DNA of 64,000 nt from Takakia lepidozioides (Eukaryota; Plantae; Bryophyta), in NCBI GenBank assembly GCA_030704615.1, contig CM060732.1:68262001-68326000 (forward strand), in the 5' to 3' direction. Below are positions 25,481-46,500 of this stretch, one piece after another; position 1 is the first letter of the stretch, and every line of letters begins with the position of its first letter. Position numbers and translations under genes: made by a program. The notes below the pieces were generated by a model. It saw nothing but the letters and a program-made list of their open reading frames with translations. It did no database searches and had not been told where the DNA came from.

Positions 25481-28400
25481 ATGGTGGACTTCAAGATGGT
25501 TTTGGGGACTTTGGGTAACAATTTCAATTCCCTAAGTTCCAGTACATAGTATTATCGCTTTCCAAGTCATAGTGAGAAAACTTAAATTTCTGTCGACGTC
25601 ATGCAATCATCCCAGTGCGAAGGACACTTATATGGATCTAGTTGATATACAACTGTAACTACTATTCAGAAGGTTGCTTCAGGAGTGGAGCGAATTATAC
25701 CTGAACTTGTTCTAGAAGTCGATGAGGCAACTTATGTACTGGAATTTTCTCAATTACTTTGAAGCGAAATGCTCAATATTAGTTCCTGATCTTGCTGTAT
25801 ATTTTAATTGCTCAGTACAGATAGTTGGGTTGAAAATACCGGACCTAAGTGAATGAGTTTGTAGGCTCTAGGAATGAGTCTATAGTTGTGTGCAGTCATA
25901 ACCCGTAGATTTCACAAAGTGGAGACTGTTGAACCAGTGATTAAATACAACTGAAGTTTCATATCTTTCTAATAAGAACTAAACCTTGAGATGGAGCTTG
26001 AGATGGAACGGCCAGTACAGCTCCTTCCTAGCTCCTTAAGAACTTGTGGGAATCTCTGCGCACAGCACATGAATTACATTCTAGTACGACAGCGAAAGTC
26101 TATAACAGGTAGTTTATTAGACAAATTTAAAATCATAGATCAATTGATCCTAACCAAACTTTGGAGTAAATTATGTCCATGTTTTGAATCTTGGTCTATC
26201 TGTGTTAGCGCGTCCAACGCAGCTCAGGGCTCATTTGCTTCAAACATTTAATTATTTACGGTCCATGAAGTGGGCTCTCGGGCTCTGCAGTGTCAGAAGT
26301 TGATAAGTTAAGCTCATGAAAGTGATGCTAGTCCACATTCTCGCTACTCACGATCAAGGTTCCCGTGTTTTGTGTTGGATCCCTCTATTATCTAAGCTTT
26401 ACTTATCTTGATTCTTGATTTGGTTTTAAAATGTTTGAGGATTCTAGCAATCTAATTTGAACACCTTCGTTGTCCCCTTTCTGGAACTCGTAGATGTATG
26501 ATTCGAGTCGGGAATATTATACTTGTCATGTCTGACATGATCTTTGCACATGTGATTGTGATGTGCGCAGGTAACGTCATTTCAATTTGCTTGTACCTGT
26601 CCCCTGTGTGAGTAACCTTCGCTTCTCAAGGAATTTGTCAGTCAGTCTTTCTTGGGCCCTCTTCCTGGTTTCCAACCACCTCTTTCCGATCTCACGAAAG
26701 TGTATGTACCTGAACCGCCCGGCCACTTCCACTTCGGGAGCAACCTGATCGGTGCACATATAGTCTACAATGGCGAATTTCAGGTCCATGGTAAATTCAT
26801 GTTGATGAGCGGCCGCTCATAATACAAATCTAGGCTGAGAATATTGCGTGGGGGCTCTTTGGATAATTATAAGCTGGAACTCATGAGAATGTAGGTGATT
26901 AAACCTCATCTCCAGGAGCTCTAGTAACTTGTATGATAAATTGTGTTGTTGGTGGCAGGCCCACCTTCTGGGACATTCACAAGAAGAAGTCAGTGCAGGA
27001 CTATTCGGACATCCCCTATATTTGCACGCTTATGAATAGTCTGCTATGGGCGGCCTATGGCCTCCCAATTGTCAGATTCCAACTGCTGTTGATCACCATT
27101 AACGGAGCTGGCTGTATTATCGAGCTCACATACCTCGCCCTGTACATATTTTATGCCCCCAAGAAAATGAAGGTATCCCATTTTGCTCATGAAATTGATT
27201 CTGTTTCTCGTGTTCGTCCATTCCCTTCTTTTTGGAAAGACCCATCAAGGCCACCCGAAGCTATAGTTAGGAGGTCGGTTCTTACACATATACCATAAGC
27301 TGCCAAATTCGATGCATAATTTGCCTGCTCATGGTCTGTTATTGCCGCAGGTGAAGGTGCTGAGGCTTCTGGTACTTTTGCTGGTATCATTCACAATTAT
27401 GATGGTGATGGTCTTGAATTTGGCGCATGACAAACACCTACGGAAGTTGGTAATTGGCTCTGTGTGTGCCGTGTTTAATGTGGCAATGTGCGCCTCTCCA
27501 TTGACTGTTATGGTATGTTCCAGCACTTATACGCAGATGGAATTCATTTACTTCGTGTGTGATCACATTCACATTTTTGTTCATTTTAGGATTCGGAGCT
27601 TGTAAGAGGAAAAACTCCGTGCTAACTTTAGTTGCAGATGACATCTTAATGGTTCATTTAATCTTTCTCAACATCTCGATCACTGTTAGGACTCCCTCTT
27701 CTCTCTCACTACAGGGCCTGGTGATTCGGACAAGGAGTGTGGAGTACATGCCGTTCTGGCTCTCATTTTTCAACTTCCTCAACTCCCTCGTGTGGTTAAG
27801 TTTCGCATTTGTGGGTGGCATCGACATTTTCATTGCGGTGCGTGTCAACTAGTTAATTCCCATTCAAGCAGTTTTCTAGCTAGGTCATGTTTCTGAAGTG
27901 CTCAAGAGCGAGAGAGGTTGAGCTCTAGGGAAGGGTTCTCATGGAGAGAGGCCCTTACCTTGACGAACAAGTTCAGAGAGGGGCGTTTATGGACCATAAA
28001 ACTTTCACAATCAGTCTTGAGCACTGAACTCTCTGAACCCCTCTTACTGCAGCTGTGAGCCCTAGGTACGAGACTGGGCAAGGAAGACATCAACCTTGTA
28101 GGGGCCACAAACTCATGACCATCATGGAAGGAAACAGGGAAGAAGCAGCCCGCAAGTGCTTGTCAAGAAGGAGAGGAAAAATACATACAGAACACGTAGA
28201 AAATTCCCCAATTCCTAACATGTCACGGCTATCTGGCAAAAGCATCTTTGGTTCACCAAACATACATACAGAACACGTAGAAAATTCCCCAATTCCTAAC
28301 ATGTGGCTTACTGAGACTTTGCAGATTCCAAATGGCCTTGGAGTTTCATTGAGTATTGCACAGTTGGACTTGTATACATTCTACAAGAATGCACCACCAG

Positions 28401-28582
28401 CTGGAGAAACTACCAAAACAGACCAGAAGGGCGCAGCCATTCATCGAGTGTCACACACAGTCTATGTCGGCCAAGTAGAGAAAAATAGTGAAGGAACCCC
28501 AGCTCCTCCGAAACAATCAGATCTTCCGGCGACAATGGCCCCTGCTTCTCTTCCAAAACATGCTTGTGATCTCGAGTGCTAA
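25481..28582 (+). CDS. SWEET: SWEET (MtN3/saliva) sugar transporter, 275 aa. Exons 25481-25514, 26571-26607, 26959-27172, 27351-27512, 27715-27837, 28325-28582
   Basis: Canonical six-exon SWEET structure (34/37/214/162/123/258 nt), GT-AG and in frame. Motifs GNVISICLYLSPVPTFW.I.KKKSV, PYICTLMNSLLW..YG, TINGAG, SPL, VIRTRSVEYMPFWLS and IPNGLG. Confidence 0.95.
28181..28304. repeat. Perfect ~43-bp direct duplication in SWEET intron 5
   Basis: atacatacagaacacgtagaaaattccccaattcctaacatgt at 28181 and 28262. Confidence 0.95.
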
Positions 28583-28828
28583 CGGGCAGTTACAAATAGA
28601 GCCTTGGCAGTTTTGAAGAGAGGATGCTAGCAGCATCAAATAGCTCTCTTTGCATGCCTTAGGTAAAAGCAATAACTTTATACGCTTCTTTTCATCAGCC
28701 TTCATTAAACCCTTGTTTGCTTGAATAAGAGACTTGTACACATAGAACAACAGATAGAGGGAGGCTGAGGATAGATAGCTGGTTCCAGTTTCTCAGTACA
28801 ATGGCGCTGCAAAGAAGTGCAACGTGAC

Positions 28829-29983
28829 CAGTGTTGTGCGCGTATATTGATTTCAATATACCCTTAGGGTATAAGTAAATTATTTTTGTCAAATCATTTA
28901 CCCTCCGGGTATGGATAAATTGAAATCTCAAAAAATTATTTACCCTCCGGGGCCGTTCTGAATTATGGCCATCTGCCTATGGGTAAATTAACTTTTCAGA
29001 TTTCTATATAACCCTGGGTATGGATATATATGCCAAAATATACCCCCAGGGTATGAATAGTTTGGGGGTATGGATAGTTATTTCAATTAATATATAATTA
29101 ATATATTTTTAAAGAATATATGATTTTTTTTGTTTTTTTCTTCAATATGTACGAAACACAAAAAATACAATCTATGGTAAAAGAGAAAATTGATAAGATA
29201 TTGCATAATATTTTGGTGTTAACTTCCAATGCAAGATGGAGGACTCCTGGGAGGTTCGAGATTCAAAAAAAGGCAGCCTACGAGCATCTAAGGGTTTAAT
29301 TTTTTCCCTTCAATAATTTTTAATAAAGTTCTCAAGGGCTACCTCACCTTTCCAAAAACAAAAGGAGAAAAAAAAAAAGGCACATCGGCCGGTAGCCAGT
29401 GACCTCTGGTGGTTTGGGGTTCGAACCTGCCCCCTGTGTGGGATTATTCATGACGGTATGTCTAGGCGTTGATCGTCCTGTAGGTCTCATGGCCCATAAA
29501 TGAAAGGGGGTTAATTTTTCCCCTCCTAGGGGCCTGAATTGTGGGCTGTCATGTTTCCTTTTATATATATATATGCGAGATCTGAAGAGGTATTGTTTGG
29601 ATTATATGACATTTTAGGAATGATATATATGTAGCATTTGTTTTAGCTGTGATTGGAGCTTTCTCATAGCTCAATGCTCCCTAACAACACAACAAAAAGA
29701 GAAAAGACCTAGCACATAAAGGCTGTGAAGGCACATAAAGGCCCTTATATACCCTGATTAGATGTACCCTTCATTTTAGCATATACCCTTCAGAAAAGTA
29801 GGGTATATTGAGCGTCTTGATGCAGGGTAAATATAAGGATAAGGGTATATCATAAAAATATACCCTGATATAAGGGTATACATCCGGGTACCTAAACTTG
29901 CCACACCAGGGTATATATATATCAATATACCCTGATATACCCGCCGGGTATATCAGGGTAATTCATATACCCGCCCAACACTG
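28829..29983. mobile_element. Non-autonomous hAT transposon (1155 bp)
   Basis: TIRs cagtgttgtgcgcgtata / tatacccgcccaacactg (16/18 match); perfect 8-bp TSD AACGTGAC at 28821-28828 and 29984-29991; many subterminal ATACCC/GGGTAT motifs; no transposase ORF. Confidence 0.95.
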
Positions 29984-30745
29984 AACGTGACCTCCTGATC
30001 TTACGTCTGCACAGAACCAGACTTCCGTGGACAGCTTCTCAAAAAGCCAATAAATTGAGGTGTTCACTAGGAACATATGTAAAAGAAGCTCAGTGTAGGT
30101 AATGTGCATGAGCACTATCAAAACAAGCAGAGATGAAGGGAGGCTAAAATTATCTTTGACAACCTCCCTGCTCTAGTCTCTGTCGGACATTGTAATTTAA
30201 ATCAGCATCGCTCATGAGTGCACTGCTCATGTAAGTCCAAAATAAGTTGCTATGTCATAGTATTGCTTCTGTAAGCACTGTTGGTGATGCTTAGGGCAAG
30301 TGCAGAGTAAACTGATCAGTCCTAAGAGATAATGCATTCCAAAGACTTTTGCTACCTGCCAAGATAAAACAAGCTGTAAACCGCGAGAGGCTATGTCCAT
30401 TGGAGCAAAAGAGAGGGGAGGTTAAATGAGAGGGGATGCTATTTGTGTTGAAAAAAAAATGGGAATACGATTGACATAGTACGAAATTAGCTTACGCTTG
30501 TAAAAGCTTTTAGATTAATAAGAATTTTGGCATGTTGTCAAAAAAAAATAGATTTAAGATTTTCTTAGGCCAATCGCAGTCTTCACACAGTGTAACTTAT
30601 CATTTAGACCAATGACGGTCTTGACATGGTGTAAAATTAGTACATCACATGTAGCTTAGAACAATCACACTCTTGACACGGTGTAAGGTTAGTTGACCAT
30701 ATTTTCTCCATTAACTTCAACATGATGCAAAGTATTTGGCTTTAA

Positions 30746-32016
30746 TCCTTAAACGCTGAGAGCTCTTTTGGTCCTTTTGGGAAAAAGTTGGGCTCACCCT
30801 GACACTAATGTTAATTTCTCCGTACCCCGTTCATCCACAGGGATGAACCGTTGGAACTCATCCCTACCTACTAGATGCAGAGGCACCCCAAATCTTGGCA
30901 GATTCCACCATTCCGTTTGGGATATTATAACAAATGAAAATGGTGCATTTTGTGGTAAATATTAAAAAAAGACCTCAAATTCACCTTTGACCAAGCCCTA
31001 GGCCAATGCTACAAAAAATTTCTGGGTGAATGTCAGCCATATTCCATTGCAATGGCATATCCCAGACCCTCTGTCCAAATTTTAGGTGAAACCGCAAAGA
31101 TTCATTGGTGGGGGGTGCTTTGTATGTGAATGTAATGGGGCTCAAAATTGTTAATTTCAAAAAAAAAACAGATGGTAGAGGTCCCATGGTGACCTCAAAT
31201 TTTGAGCCAAATTGGATTTCCAAATGTCAGTGTGTGCATTGCCAACAATCAGACTACACTGCCCAAAAATTACAAAAATTGGAGCAAACTTGGAGTAATT
31301 TGTGATTTTGCTGGCCAACTTCAAGTCAAGCAAAGGGTTGCCGGATTTGCCACTGAATCCGGCAGGAGCCAGAACCGGTGAGAGGCACCACAAACCCCGC
31401 CTGTCGCCGCATACATGTGCCTGCCATGTCGGAGGTCAACGCGCGTGTGCCCCCCCCATCCACCCAAAAATCTCCACCCCCCAAATATCGTGAGGGCATA
31501 AAACTAAGGGCCGTTTTACACTAGGCCAAGACCAAGTGAGAATGGAGCATTCCCATTGGCGGAGGCCTGAAAATTGGGCCCAACCGCTTTCCACTATGGC
31601 CCGAGCCCAAGAAAATGGAAGTGGGTCATTTGCCTACATGGCACCTACATGGCACAAGCTTTGACGCCAACTTGTTGGGCCGGACCAAGAAAATGGAACC
31701 CTCCTATAATCAAGACCCAACTCTGAACTCTTGGGCCCAAGAAGTTTGGTATTAAAATAGACTATTTTTGTGCGATCATGACTGTTTGATCATGACCGTT
31801 GAAGTTGGCCCAAGACCGGCCCAAGAGTGGTAGAAATTGGGCCCAACATTTCTTGGGCTTGGGCCCTAGTGTAAAGCGGCGCTCTAAAGTCCAGCGTGTA
31901 GAGGACTTGCTACATTTTTTCAGTCAGACTTCACCTTCATCTGGCTTGATCCACCGCCGCTACAACTAGATGAAAAAACGAGGTGATCCGTTTTCGGTCA
32001 CCTCGTCGTTTAGGGG
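30746..32016. mobile_element. TTAA-flanked piggyBac-like non-autonomous element with a nested MITE
   Basis: TTAA at 30742-30745 and 32017-32020. Termini tccttaaacgctgaga versus (reverse complement) cccctaaacgacgagg: 11/16 identical, 4 of the 5 mismatches are transitions. Confidence 0.65.
31508..31884. mobile_element. PIF/Harbinger (Tourist-like) MITE
   Basis: TIRs gggccgttttacactagg / cctagtgtaaagcggcgc; TAA on both sides (31505-31507 and 31885-31887); internal gggccca/cccaag repeats. Confidence 0.85.
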
Positions 32017-32174
32017 TTAAGGGACAGAGCCAACAGAACCAACAAAACGCAATACGCGGGTTAGGGTGGACCAGTCGCTTAAGTTAGGATTGCTTACTAT
32101 GAGCCTTACTATGAGCGGGCAGCTCATGTGCCACATCAACAGTGAGCCTTGCAACTCCTTTTACGACTCCAAGG

Positions 32175-32452
32175 CAATGTTTTCTTTTTTAGATTTGGAA
32201 AATATCAGGAGTGGCTACTGAGTTTTGCAAGAAATAGGAATATTTTCTGTTCATCCACTGAAATTTGGATAGAATCATCCTCCTCTGTACTTTCATCCAT
32301 ATATATCATCCAAATTCATCCATTATTTATATTTTATTTGGAGAAGTTTGGCGATTTCATCCATGAGAAAATGGGGAATTTAGGACAGAATATTCCATGT
32401 TATTTTTTGAGGTCGAAATATTGCGAAAATTCGCCAGAAATAAAAACACTTG
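32175..32452. mobile_element. hAT-type MITE (278 bp)
   Basis: Termini caatgttttct / aaaaacacttg (CAGTGTTT-type TIR); 8-bp TSD ctccaagg / ctccatgg (7/8). Confidence 0.75.
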
Positions 32453-32499
32453 CTCCATGGCACTTAGGACTCCAGTGTCGCCACTGACAGCTTTTACGA

Positions 32500-33260
32500 T
32501 AGGCAGTCACAAATGGCTGAATTGTCTACAAATGTAACACATAGTTCCAGTCTGTGACATGAGGGGGTACATAGGCCCTTACAAATAAATATCAGCATGG
32601 CAACCAGGGTCGTTGAGGGCGTCCCCTAGGAGATGATAAAAACAGTTGTTCCAAGCCATAATGGTTTTGGGGGAGTTGGGTGAGAACGTTTGGGGTACTT
32701 GTAGGGATGCCGCATATTTGTTTTCTGAGGCGAATAAGTGCTTTGTCTAGGCCATGTCTTGGGATGGAGTAGGGGGCCATGTGTAACTGGTATTCAACTA
32801 GGGGTTTAAGGACTGTTTGAGGAATATGTGGGTTTTGTCAGATAGAGGCTAGGGATGTTAATAGTGCTTGACTTTTGAGGATGCAGCTTAGTGTGGGAAG
32901 CTCCTCGCAGGTGGGGAAGGACATCTCCCTAAGCCTGTTGATTGTAGGGAGAGCCTGTTGGTAGTGCTGTCAGGTGGGGAAGGACATCTCCCTAAGCCTG
33001 TTTGATTGTAGGGAGAGCCTATTGTTGGTAGTGCTGTCAAGGTTAAGGGGAGCTATTAGTGAGGCTTGCTTTATGTTAGTGGCAATGTTCTCCCCCATCC
33101 CACACTCTTGGTGAGGTATCTTTCACAAGTTCATCTGTGAACATTGGTCGCTATCCTAAGTTTTGCTTGGTTAAGTGAACTTTTTGTGGCGCACTCTGGG
33201 CTGTGGCAACACCTCCTCAGGAGTTCCTCCCATGCTGTCTGAATTTTCCTGGGACTGGGT
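32500..33260 (-). mobile_element. Decayed non-LTR retrotransposon fragment (post-RT region) immediately 3' of the MIP2 stop
   Basis: Minus-strand peptides LDKALIRLRKQICGIPTSTPNVLTQLPQNHYGL and DALNDPG resemble the thumb/post-RT region of bryophyte/algal LINE-like elements (from memory); frameshifted; internal ~63-bp tandem duplication at ~32908-33040. Confidence 0.55.
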
Positions 33261-33279
33261 GGAGGAGATGACCACCCAA

Positions 33280-42796
<9,517 letters not shown>

Positions 42797-43539
42797 GTTG
42801 AGCTACTTGGTCCGCTTCCCAAGGGGCGACTTCAGCTCATGCAAGATGTGCATTGCCTCAAAGTGAAGATTGCGCAACAACGGAAGCAACCCAGATCGCT
42901 TCACACCCCAAACAACCTACCCACATCGCCATTTTGTACTGGGGGCATCGCTGGCCCGAGTGTTAAGGGTTACATGTTACATCACCCTGTTCTGTTCTGG
43001 CTCATTCTCATGGGTGTCCATAATGGGGATTCATAAGTATGTAGCTTCTCCTTCATGGTGGCTCCTGAGTCAAGTATTGCTGACTTTAGCTGGTTTCTGG
43101 TTTCCCAACCTTGTTGTTTTTTTCTGTTTTGTTTTCTAAAGAGTGAAACAGGATTAGTTCATCTTTTCCCTACCATCAGTAAAATCGTGGTTTTCAAAAG
43201 AACATTATTATTGTTTTATAACCAGGTTGAGAACTGTCTCACAACTGTCCATCTTGCATTGGGCTATTGTAGGTGGCATGGCTTCGTCTCATCTTCCTGC
43301 TCTTCCCCATGTCACACCCATTTCTTTGTCTGATGTCATTCAGGCAGTTGGATGGGATGATCATTGGGTTTGATTAGCTTGATATGCTTTCTTTTTCATT
43401 TCTTTATGTTAACTCTTCCCTTGTTATGGGAACTTTCCATTCTTTGTACAGTTTCCTCATCTCAGTTTGTAAATAAAAGCTTTGCAGGTTACAACACAAC
43501 CTCAATCCACATATGAATAATATCAGAACATGTGTATAT

Positions 43540-46500
43540 GAATGAACATGTATTATATGAACATTCGCGGAATTGGCTATGATGCCTTTGTCCCCAAACG
43601 TAGACGTGTTCAACATTGGGCTTCCAATTTTATTAATTCCAACTCTATTATTTTTCTTCAAGAGCACAAATTGGATGATGCTAAATTCAAGCTTTGTGTA
43701 GTTCATTCTAGCCCAGTAATGTTGCCTGGTGGAATCCCTCAATTGTCGACTCCAGAGGTGGCATTGCCATTCTCATTTCCCTCCATTTTCTAGAGTAGAC
43801 ACCTAGAGGTCGGGTTCAGGTGGCCTTCACCAACCCTTCCTTGGCGTTTGAAGCCTGTGCTTTCATTAATGTCTACGCTCCTAATTCTGTTGCGGAAAGG
43901 TCGGATCTGTGGAGGCTCCTTACAGAGAAAATCCTTTCCCACTCTGAGGTTGTGCATTGGGTGATGGCTGGAGACATGAATATGGTTGACAAGGCTGATG
44001 ATAGGCTTGCTGCTGCAGATCAAAGCTTATCCCCCTCTCAGAGAGATGTGTGGGATGCCTTGTGTCTCTCTGTTGGGGTTGATGAACATCTCGATCCCTG
44101 GGGCACTTCTCCCCATTTCACGTGGTCTAATAACATAAAACCGCCTGACCTCTGCATGGCCCATTTAGACCGGGTGTACTGTTCCCCACACCGCTCCTTT
44201 GGGCCAATCTTGATTCTCAAGGTCCTATTCTACCTGGATTTGATCATGCTTCTATTCGGACTTTCTTCAATCCTTTGGGCTCTCATGCCAAGGGTCGGGG
44301 ATTCTTGAAGCTCAACCCTTCTATCCTATTGGTCCCTGAGTACTTAGACCTCTTCAAGACTACCTGGTCCTCGGCTGGCAATTCCTTTTCTTCTCCCACG
44401 CTTAGATTCGTGAAGAAACTTGAAGCTGTCCGCAAATTGGGCCAAGCCCTCACCAGATCTCATGCTAAGCGCCGCAACTGTAGGGAGAAAGCCCTTACCA
44501 AGTGCCTGGCCCGATGCCAGAAAGTCATTGAAAGCAATAGACCTGCGCAAACTTGGGACTCGTACTTCCTGGCTAAAAGAAACCTAGCTGACTTGCTCAA
44601 AATCAAGGAGGACAACTTGAGAAGAAAAGCAGACATCTCCTGATCTCTCTAAGGTTAGAAAATGACTAGGTTTTTTTCTTTGAAGGCCAAACAACGCCAA
44701 GCAGCTACTTCCATTGCCTCGCTGCAACCAGCTTCTGGCCCTCATCTTGTCAAGCCCAAAGATATGGTCTCCTTTGCTGCTAATCCTTTGCTGACCTCTT
44801 CAGTAGACGGGCCTCCTCTGAGCAAGATATCCTCTCTCGTTTTGAGACCCTCGAGGCCTTCCCTCAAGTCATCTCCCAAGAAGAGCTTGACACCCTTTCG
44901 AAACCCTTCACTGTTATGGAGCTGGAAGATGCCTTAGATGTGCTTGCCTCTTTTAAACCCCGTTGGATTAGATGTGTTGCCTGTGGAATTCTTTAAAGCT
45001 AACTGGGGGGAGTGTGGTGAAGATATCCTAGCTCTCGCTCAAGACATTGAATGACAAGACATTGAATTTCTTTTAAAGGGTATCATGCCCTCCCAGCTCT
45101 CACAAGGTGTCATAACGTTGATTCATAAGAAAGGGTCCAGGGACTCTCTTTCTAACTATAGACCAATTACGCTTCTCAATTCAGTTTATAAGATCCTGGC
45201 TAAAGCACTGGCTATTCGTCTTCAACATCTTCTATCCAAGCTCATCAGATCTAAGCAAACGGGTTTCCTCAAGAATCGCATGATCCTCGATAACATTCTC
45301 TTGGCCAATGAAGCTCTGCACTCTGCTTCTGTCTCCGATCATCCTTTGGCTCTTCTCATGCTAGACTTCGAGAAAGCCTTTGATAATATTGATTGGAATT
45401 ACCTTCTCGGGGCCATCCAAAAGTCTGGTATTCATGGCAGCTTCCTTTCTTGGATTCGCATTCTACTCCACCCAGCTTCTAGTAAGGTCATTATCTCCCA
45501 TTCCTTTCCTTTGTTCAGATCTGTCAGACAGAGCTTCCATTCCTTTTCATTATTGATGCTGACGGATTGAGCCACCTCCTATACAAAAATGAAGACATTG
45601 TGGGGTTGAAAGTTCCTCACCCTATGTGCCCGAATTATAGCATTAAATCCTCCCTTTATGCTGATGACACGGCTCTCTTCGTGGATAATTCGATAGCTTC
45701 CAATGTCTCCAGTACCCTTGAGACTCTCTCCACCTTTTGCAGAGCCTCAAGTCTTAAGGTTAACTGGAGCAAGTCTGTGGGAGTTCTTTCCAAAATCAGT
45801 GACTCTGCCTCGGTGACTCACTGTCAGCCTTGGGGCCACGATCTAGGCTTGAGTCGGTTGCAAGAGGGTGACTTTCATGTTCTTCTCGCCCATCTGTTCT
45901 CGAGATTGGTCTCACTGACACTCAATGAGCAGAGGCAGTGCTATCCATGATTAAAAAAAAGCTTGCTTACTGGTCTTTAGTTCACCTATCAATTGCTGGT
46001 AAGGCCATTATCGTCAATCAAGTCATCTTGGCCTCTTCCTGGTTTACGTCCTTTGTCTAGTATCCGGGTGCCTCCTTTGTGAAAGGGATCAAGGCACTGG
46101 CTAGGAATTTTATTTGGGGAGCCAAGAGTGTGAGTCAAATCCGTAGAGCCTTGGTTAGCTGGAAACAGATCACACAGAAGAAAAAGTTCGATGGCTTGGG
46201 CATTATTGACCCTCAAATGCAGATCTGTGCACTGCTAGCCAAATGGGTTCCCTGGGTCTTCCTTCATTTTGACGCTCCTTGGAGCCTCATTGTTAGGCAG
46301 CACTTAGTTAATTCTACGCCCTCCTCGTCCCCCTCTTGGGCCCCATTATTATGATGGGTGGTGCAGGGCGGATCCTCTAACTGACGCACTTCGGTAGGAT
46401 CTGCAGCTTGGAGATCAATCTGGCAGGCCTGGTGCATGTTGCGTCAATTTCTAGCCCAAAAGATGCCAGCAAGCCTAGAGGAGCCCCTCAGGCAACCCCT

